A stretch of DNA of 64,000 bases from Dehalococcoidia bacterium. GTDB lineage: Bacteria; Chloroflexota; Dehalococcoidia; Dehalococcoidales; UBA3254. This document shows positions 58,291 through 64,000 of the stretch, piece after piece. Made by a program: the position numbers and the translations under genes. Every line of letters begins with the position of its first letter. Within the stretch, counting starts at the first letter, position 1. The stretch spans positions 5,658-69,657 of the forward strand of contig JANYAV010000014.1 in the NCBI GenBank assembly GCA_025361145.1. Reading direction: 5' to 3'. The notes beneath the pieces were generated by a model that did no database searches, had not been told where the DNA came from, and saw only the letters and a list, made by a program, of their open reading frames with translations.

Positions 58291-59100
58291 ATGAATAAAC
58301 ACATATTAGTAGTAAAAATAGGCGGATCTACTCTAGGCCAACATGATACGACACTACAGGACCTGGTTGACCTGCAAAAACGAGGGATCCCCGTAGTAGT
58401 AGTCCACGGTGGCGGAAAGATTATCACCGAGTGGTTGGGTAAACTATCCTCAACTTCTCAATTTGTGAAGGGTGAACGGGTTACGGATGAGGTTGGACTG
58501 GAAGTAGCTACAGCAGTATTAGCCGGCCTGGTCAATACGGAATTAGTGGCCAACCTCAATGCGTTGAAAGCTAAAGCGATAGGACTGAGCGGTGTAGACG
58601 GATGTTTGCTAACAGCGAAAGTAAAGAACTCTGAACTAGGCTATGTGGGAGATATCGAAAAGGTCGATATTGATCTTTTAAATATGATAATTGAAGCTGG
58701 ATATATACCTATAATCTCTTCGATTAGTTATAATCCAGCGGTTAAACCTGGCAGTGGACCTCAAGTTTTAAATGTAAATGCCGACGTCGCTGCCGGAGAA
58801 ATCGCCGCCGCTTTAGGTGCCGGAAAACTAATCTTTTTGACTGATATCGGCGGAGTTTGCGATAAAAAGGGACAGGTTATTGCGTCATTAAGTGTTCAAG
58901 AGGCTGAAGAATTAATTGTCTCAGGGGTTGCCAGCAAAGGTATGATTCCCAAGATTAACTCTGGTATACGGGTGACGGTTGCTACCGGAATAGCCAGAAT
59001 TATAGATGGCAGGCGTCCTCATGCTTTGTTGCACGAAATTGAAAACAGTGAAGGCGGAACCACTATCTATAATAAATTAAGCGAGGCTAAAAATGGATAA
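58291..59100 (+). CDS. argB: Acetylglutamate kinase
   Basis: VKIGGS, VHGGG, RVTD, NVNAD, GMIPK. Confidence 0.95.
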   Translation: MNKHILVVKIGGSTLGQHDTTLQDLVDLQKRGIPVVVVHGGGKIITEWLGKLSSTSQFVKGERVTDEVGLEVATAVLAGLVNTELVANLNALKAKAIGLSGVDGCLLTAKVKNSELGYVGDIEKVDIDLLNMIIEAGYIPIISSISYNPAVKPGSGPQVLNVNADVAAGEIAAALGAGKLIFLTDIGGVCDKKGQVIASLSVQEAEELIVSGVASKGMIPKINSGIRVTVATGIARIIDGRRPHALLHEIENSEGGTTIYNKLSEAKNG

Positions 59101-60289
59101 TAAGAGTCAATCACAAGAACTGACTCAAAAATATATGATGAACTTTATAAATCGCATCCCCGTGACATTCGTAAAAGGCGAAGGGTTGCAACTCTGGGAT
59201 GAGAACGGTAAAACGTATTTGGATTTTGTGGGGGGATGGGCTGCAGACAGTCTTGGGCATTGTCATCCGGTTCAGGTGGAAGCTTTGACCAATCAGGCCA
59301 AAACTCTTATCCACGTTTCAAATGCTTTTTATACTGAGCCCCAGAGTAAGCTGGCTGAGTTATTGGTAAAGAACAGTTGTCTAGATAAAGTATTTTTTTG
59401 CAATAGTGGGGCGGAGGCTAACGAAGGCGCAATAAAATTGGCCCGGCGCTGGGGGGCTTTAAAGCTTAAAGGGGCTTATGAAATTATTACCACCCTGGAT
59501 TCTTTTCACGGCCGGACATTAGCTATGACTGCTGCGACTGGTCAAGCTAAATTTCAAAAACCCTATATACCACTGCCAGAAGGGTTTACCAACGTAAAAT
59601 ACAACGATATCGAGGCTATTAAGCAAGCAACCTCGAGCAAGACCTGCGCAGTGATGCTGGAGCCTGTTCAAGGTGAAGGGGGAGTAAACCTGCCTTCATC
59701 TGAATACTTAAAACAAGTGCGCGCCTGGTGCGATGAAAAGGGACTACTATTAATCTTCGATGAAGTGCAGACCGGCATGGGGCGATTGGGTAAGCTTTTT
59801 GGTTATGAAGTATACGGAGTTGAACCGGACGTCATAACTCTGGCTAAAGGCATCGCCAGCGGTTTTCCCATCGGTGTGATCATGGCTAAAGAACGGGCTT
59901 CAGTTTTCAGTCCGGGAGAACATGGCACTACTTTCGGCGGCAACCCTCTGGCCTGCGCCGTCGGGTATGCCGTTACCCAATATATAATAGACAAAAAGGT
60001 GCCTCAGAATAGCGACCTGATGGGGCGTTATATAACCAGTCAATTGCGAATTTTACAGGGCAAATATCCTTTTATCAAAGATGTACGAGGCTGCGGACTG
60101 TTGATAGCGGTAGAGTTTAATTGTGACATCGCTGAAGCAGTAATGTATGCTTGTTTAAAGGAGGGATTGGTTATTAATTATTTAAAAGCCAATTTACTAC
60201 GGATAATACCTCCACTCATCATTACCAGAGCAGAGATAGATAAGGGAATAGGTATTCTTGAACAAGTTTTGGCTGGAATAAACATATAA
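59093..60289 (+). CDS. argD: Acetylornithine aminotransferase
   Basis: NSGAEANE, SFHGRT, DEVQTG, LAKG, HGTTFGGNP; operon context. Confidence 0.93.
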   Translation: MDNKSQSQELTQKYMMNFINRIPVTFVKGEGLQLWDENGKTYLDFVGGWAADSLGHCHPVQVEALTNQAKTLIHVSNAFYTEPQSKLAELLVKNSCLDKVFFCNSGAEANEGAIKLARRWGALKLKGAYEIITTLDSFHGRTLAMTAATGQAKFQKPYIPLPEGFTNVKYNDIEAIKQATSSKTCAVMLEPVQGEGGVNLPSSEYLKQVRAWCDEKGLLLIFDEVQTGMGRLGKLFGYEVYGVEPDVITLAKGIASGFPIGVIMAKERASVFSPGEHGTTFGGNPLACAVGYAVTQYIIDKKVPQNSDLMGRYITSQLRILQGKYPFIKDVRGCGLLIAVEFNCDIAEAVMYACLKEGLVINYLKANLLRIIPPLIITRAEIDKGIGILEQVLAGINI

Positions 60290-60363
60290 TAAACAGCGAT
60301 TTAAATTTTGTATAATTGGCATGCTTCCTGTAACATGGGGGCAACCAATGTGAGGAGGAAACA

Positions 60364-61605
60364 GTGTCTGATAAAGTAGTTCTTGCGTACAGTGGTGGTG
60401 TGGACACTTCGGTAGCCATTAAATGGGTGCCGGAGAACTATAAAATGGAGGTCATTACCTTAACTGTCGATATCGGTAATGTGCCCAATCTAGAGGCCAT
60501 TAAAAAGAAGGCTGAGAAACTCGGGGTAAAAACGGCGATTGTAATAGACGCTCGTGAAACCTTTATTAAAGATTATTGCTGGCCAGCTCTGCAGGCCAAT
60601 GCGCTGTACGAGGGAGTATACCCGATGGCGACCGCTCTCGGTCGCCCCTTGATCGCTAAATTAATGGCTGAAACTGCCCTGAAATACGGTGCGAAAGCTG
60701 TCTCTCATGGCTGCACCGGAAAAGGAAACGATCAGGTACGGCTGGATGTGGGCATTAATACCTTGGCTCCAGATTTGAAAATTATAGCGCCAGCACGTGA
60801 GTGGGGTATGACCCGGGAACAAACCATTCAATACGCGATAAAAAATAAGATTCCGATTCCGGTAACCAAAAAGAACCCCTATTCAATCGATGAGAATCTG
60901 TGGGGCAGAGCAATCGAATGCGGTATTCTAGAAGACCCAATGAATGAACCTCCTGAAGATGCTTTTATCTGGACCAAATCACCGGATAAGACCCCTAATA
61001 AAGCCACTTATATCGAGATAGATTTTGAAGAAGGGATTCCGGTCGGTTTAGACGGTAAAAAACTGGATGGGATTACTTTGCTGGAGAATCTGAATAAAGT
61101 TGCCGGAGATAACGGAGTCGGACGTATAGATCATATTGAAAACCGACTGGTGGGTATTAAGTCCAGAGAATTATATGAAGCTCCAGCCGCTGTTGTACTA
61201 TTTCAGGCTCATCAAGCTTTGGAAGAAATGACTTTGACCAAGCAGCAGCAGCGCTTTAAGCAAAAAGTCGCGATCGAATATTCTGATTTAATTTATAATG
61301 GCCTTTGGTTTAGCGCAATGCACCAGGACCTGGCTGCCTATGTTCAGAGTACTCAACGTTTTGTGACAGGGTCAATAAGAATTAAACTTTGGAAAGGCAC
61401 ATCAATGGTTGTGGGACGCAAGTCACCTTATTCTCTTTACAGTTTCAAGCTAGCCACTTATGAGAAAGAAGATACTTTCGATCCATCTAACGCGGTTGGC
61501 TTTATCCAGTTATGGGGCTTACCGGTAAAAACGCAGGCTCAGTTGCAACCGATTCAAAAGAGCAGTGCATTAAATAGCCTTAAAGCAAGCAAGAAGAGTA
61601 AATAA
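60364..61605 (+). CDS. argG: Argininosuccinate synthase
   Basis: LAYSGGVDTS, HGCTGKGNDQVR, ENRLVGIKSRE. Confidence 0.97.
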   Translation: MSDKVVLAYSGGVDTSVAIKWVPENYKMEVITLTVDIGNVPNLEAIKKKAEKLGVKTAIVIDARETFIKDYCWPALQANALYEGVYPMATALGRPLIAKLMAETALKYGAKAVSHGCTGKGNDQVRLDVGINTLAPDLKIIAPAREWGMTREQTIQYAIKNKIPIPVTKKNPYSIDENLWGRAIECGILEDPMNEPPEDAFIWTKSPDKTPNKATYIEIDFEEGIPVGLDGKKLDGITLLENLNKVAGDNGVGRIDHIENRLVGIKSRELYEAPAAVVLFQAHQALEEMTLTKQQQRFKQKVAIEYSDLIYNGLWFSAMHQDLAAYVQSTQRFVTGSIRIKLWKGTSMVVGRKSPYSLYSFKLATYEKEDTFDPSNAVGFIQLWGLPVKTQAQLQPIQKSSALNSLKASKKSK

Positions 61606-62981
61606 TGAGTTTAATTCGAGGGCGCTTTCAAAAAGAGGCAGATGCAGCAGTGTGTAGATATACTGCGTCTATTCCGTTTGACTGGCGATTGTATCACTAC
61701 GACATAGCCGGGTCAATCGCGCATGCTCAGATGCTAGCCAAACAGGGCATTATCGCAGAAAAAGATAGTAAAGAGATCGTGCGCGGTCTGAAGGTTATTA
61801 AAAAGGAAATAGAAGACGGTAAATTCCAATTCAAGTTAGAACTGGAAGATATCCACATGTGCATTGAATCTCGTTTGATTGAAATAGTCGGAGACGCCGG
61901 CGCCCGTTTGCATACTGCTCGTTCACGAAACGATCAAGTTGCGCTTGATCTGCGGCTTTATACCAGAGACGCAATAGAAATTACCATCGATTATATCAGG
62001 GATTTGCAACAAGCCCTGATAGGATTGGCTGAAGAAAACCAAAAAACGATATTTCCCGGTTACACTCATCTTCAAAGAGCACAGCCTGTACTGCTGTCCC
62101 ATCATTTTCTGGCTTACTTTGAGATGTTGCAAAGAGATATATTGAGACTAAGCGATAGTTTAACCAGAGTAGATGTGATGCCACTGGGCAGCGGAGCTTT
62201 AGCAGGTGTACCTTATAAAATCGATCGAGGCCTGGTGGCCCGCAAACTTGGTTTTTCGCAAATCAGCCGTAACAGCCTTGACGCTGTTTCAGACCGGGAT
62301 TTTGTAATTGAATATGAAGCTGCTGCCAGTTTATGCATGATGCATTTATCAAGATTGGCAGAAGAGATAATATTGTGGTCTACTGCAGAATTTGGTTTCA
62401 TTGAACTAGACGAAGCCTATACCACAGGCAGCAGTATAATGCCACAAAAAAAGAATCCGGATGTGGCAGAATTAGCGCGAGGGAAAGTTGGTCGGGTATA
62501 CGGGAAACTTTTCGCTATGCTTACTGTCATGAAAGGACTGCCACTTGCATATAATCGGGATTTACAGGAAGACAAAGAAGGACTTTTTGACGTAGTGGAT
62601 ACCCTTCTATCAACACTAGAAGTGATGACAGGCATGTTAAAGACCTTAAAAATCAATCCGGCGAGAATGTCACAGGCGCTCGATAAGGGTTATCTTCTAG
62701 CTACTGATATTGCCGATTACCTGGTAACGAAAGGTGAGACCTTTCGTGGGGCGCATGCCGTGGTAGGCCAACTTGTGCATTGGGCGATTGAAAATGACAA
62801 GACCTTCGATAAAATCAAAGTAGAAGAATATAAAAAGTTTTCTAAATTGATTGAAAAAGACATATATAAGCTAACCTCAGAGGTCTCGGTTAAAGCCAGG
62901 GATAATACCGGAGGAACTTCACCGGTTAAGGTAGAGGAAGCTCTAACAGAAGCTAAACGAATCCTGGAAGAGAAAAAATAG
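61605..62981 (+). CDS. argH: Argininosuccinate lyase
   Basis: EDIH, RSRNDQ, GYTHLQ, GSSIMPQKKNPD. Confidence 0.97.
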   Translation: MSLIRGRFQKEADAAVCRYTASIPFDWRLYHYDIAGSIAHAQMLAKQGIIAEKDSKEIVRGLKVIKKEIEDGKFQFKLELEDIHMCIESRLIEIVGDAGARLHTARSRNDQVALDLRLYTRDAIEITIDYIRDLQQALIGLAEENQKTIFPGYTHLQRAQPVLLSHHFLAYFEMLQRDILRLSDSLTRVDVMPLGSGALAGVPYKIDRGLVARKLGFSQISRNSLDAVSDRDFVIEYEAAASLCMMHLSRLAEEIILWSTAEFGFIELDEAYTTGSSIMPQKKNPDVAELARGKVGRVYGKLFAMLTVMKGLPLAYNRDLQEDKEGLFDVVDTLLSTLEVMTGMLKTLKINPARMSQALDKGYLLATDIADYLVTKGETFRGAHAVVGQLVHWAIENDKTFDKIKVEEYKKFSKLIEKDIYKLTSEVSVKARDNTGGTSPVKVEEALTEAKRILEEKK

Positions 62982-62986
62982 AAATA

Positions 62987-63026
62987 GAAAAATCAGTGGC
63001 GCTTAAATTAGAAGCCACTGATTTTT
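62987..63026. terminator. Bidirectional terminator
   Basis: aaaaatcagtggc...gccactgattttt, between convergent argH and rpmB. Confidence 0.8.
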
Positions 63027-63049
63027 AATAACTCGTAACAGGGATGATA

Positions 63050-63235
63050 CTATTTGGTATTGGTTTTGTTCTGGGTACGCAGACATCTGGTGCAGAGCTT
63101 CATCTGTTTGAGTTTTCCTTCAAACATAATAGTTGCGGGGTGAATATTGGGATCAAATCTTCGATTGGTATGTTGCTTGGAATGGCTGACATTTTCTCCG
63201 AATAAGGGTGTTTTTCCACAAATTTCGCACTTCAA
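63050..63235 (-). CDS. rpmB: 50S ribosomal protein L28 (Zn-ribbon type)
   Basis: CEICGK..G.NVSHS..T.R.F.PN..CTRCLR. Confidence 0.93.
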   Translation of the reverse strand: MKCEICGKTPLFGENVSHSKQHTNRRFDPNIHPATIMFEGKLKQMKLCTRCLRTQNKTNTK

Positions 63236-63392
63236 GGTATATACTCCTTTGACTTTTTAACTGGTAAGTTGTAATCTACCGCTCAATAATATACCATATT
63301 TTGAGGTATTATTCAAAGGCTGACGGTTAAGAAGCAGTTATTTTCATATTATAGACCTGAAGCAAACTTAGTTGACTGAGGTTAATAATAAG

Positions 63393-64000
63393 ATGAAAAA
63401 AATAGAATCCAATAACGGTATAGTTTTCAGGGATATGTTTTCAGCTGCGACCACCTGGCTAGAAAAGAGTGTTTCTGATATCGATGCTCTAAATGTATTC
63501 CCTGTTCCTGACGGTGACACAGGCACAAATATGCTTCTAACTATGCGTTCCGCGGTTGAAGAAGCCTACCGTGTCTCAGATACCAGCGTATCTGAAATTG
63601 CGCAAGCCATGTCCAAAGGTGCTTTGATGGGAGCGCGAGGTAATAGCGGTGTTATTCTTTCTCAGATTTGGCGCGGATTGGCCCAGGGCATGGGTAAAAA
63701 AGAAACCTTTACAGGCCACGATTTCGCTGATGCTTTTTTACAGGCTTCAAAAGTGGCTTATAAGGGCATAAGCAATCCTGTAGAAGGAACCATATTAACT
63801 GTGATACGTGAAGCTGCGCAAGCTGGTGAGTCATTTTCAGTGAATAATGGGGATGATTTAGGCGAAGTTATCAATGCCATTGTAGAAGCCGCCGGTAAAT
63901 CTCTGGCCAATACCCCAAACCTGTTACCCGTGCTGAAAGACGCAGGGGTGGTAGATGCGGGCGGGCAAGGTCTATATACCATTCTGGAAGGCGCATTGCG
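63393..64000 (+). CDS. DAK2-domain (FakA/YloV-like) protein, truncated at the window edge
   Basis: Manual translation: LNVFPVPDGDTGTNM..GARGNSGVILSQ..PVEGTILTV..AGVVDAGG; divergent from rpmB, its usual neighbour. Confidence 0.9.
   Translation, partial: MKKIESNNGIVFRDMFSAATTWLEKSVSDIDALNVFPVPDGDTGTNMLLTMRSAVEEAYRVSDTSVSEIAQAMSKGALMGARGNSGVILSQIWRGLAQGMGKKETFTGHDFADAFLQASKVAYKGISNPVEGTILTVIREAAQAGESFSVNNGDDLGEVINAIVEAAGKSLANTPNLLPVLKDAGVVDAGGQGLYTILEGAL

Overview
Chromosomal segment from an anaerobic bacterium, most consistent with Dehalococcoidia (Chloroflexota). This is inferred from gene content and a Gram-positive-type LexA box; no database search was run. The left end (~1-13.2 kb) has a partial EF-G-like gene, a diverged duplicate of its 5' end and tRNA-Ser(GCT). 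It continues as a repeat-rich accessory patch: a CsoR/RcnR-Ni/Co exporter-methyltransferase operon, a GNAT, an AT-rich pair with a class III nucleotide-cyclase-like protein, hicAB, an orphan small+large terminase pair behind a LexA box, and a 784-aa lipoprotein with a candidate Cys-His-Asp triad. The rest is mostly core genes: miaB; a sucCD-malic enzyme-fumarase-sdhACDB operon; nadBC; Fur-family regulator; dtd; a heterodimeric ABC exporter; a wHTH-RHH-GH3-(membrane sensor/GAF/GGDEF/HD-GYP)-NarL-type cluster; GGR-family reductase; tatD; pdxS; tmk; four tRNAs; a PncC-NUDIX fusion; comEA/comEC; trkA pair; remA-gmk-mutS; argJBDGH; rpmB; and a partial DAK2 gene. The best candidates for undescribed biology are: (1) an SOS-boxed, structure-gene-free DNA-packaging module followed by a 10.5-bp phased repeat array; (2) a GH3 acyl-amido synthetase coupled to c-di-GMP sensing; (3) an Arg-codon leader peptide with a terminator upstream of argJ.
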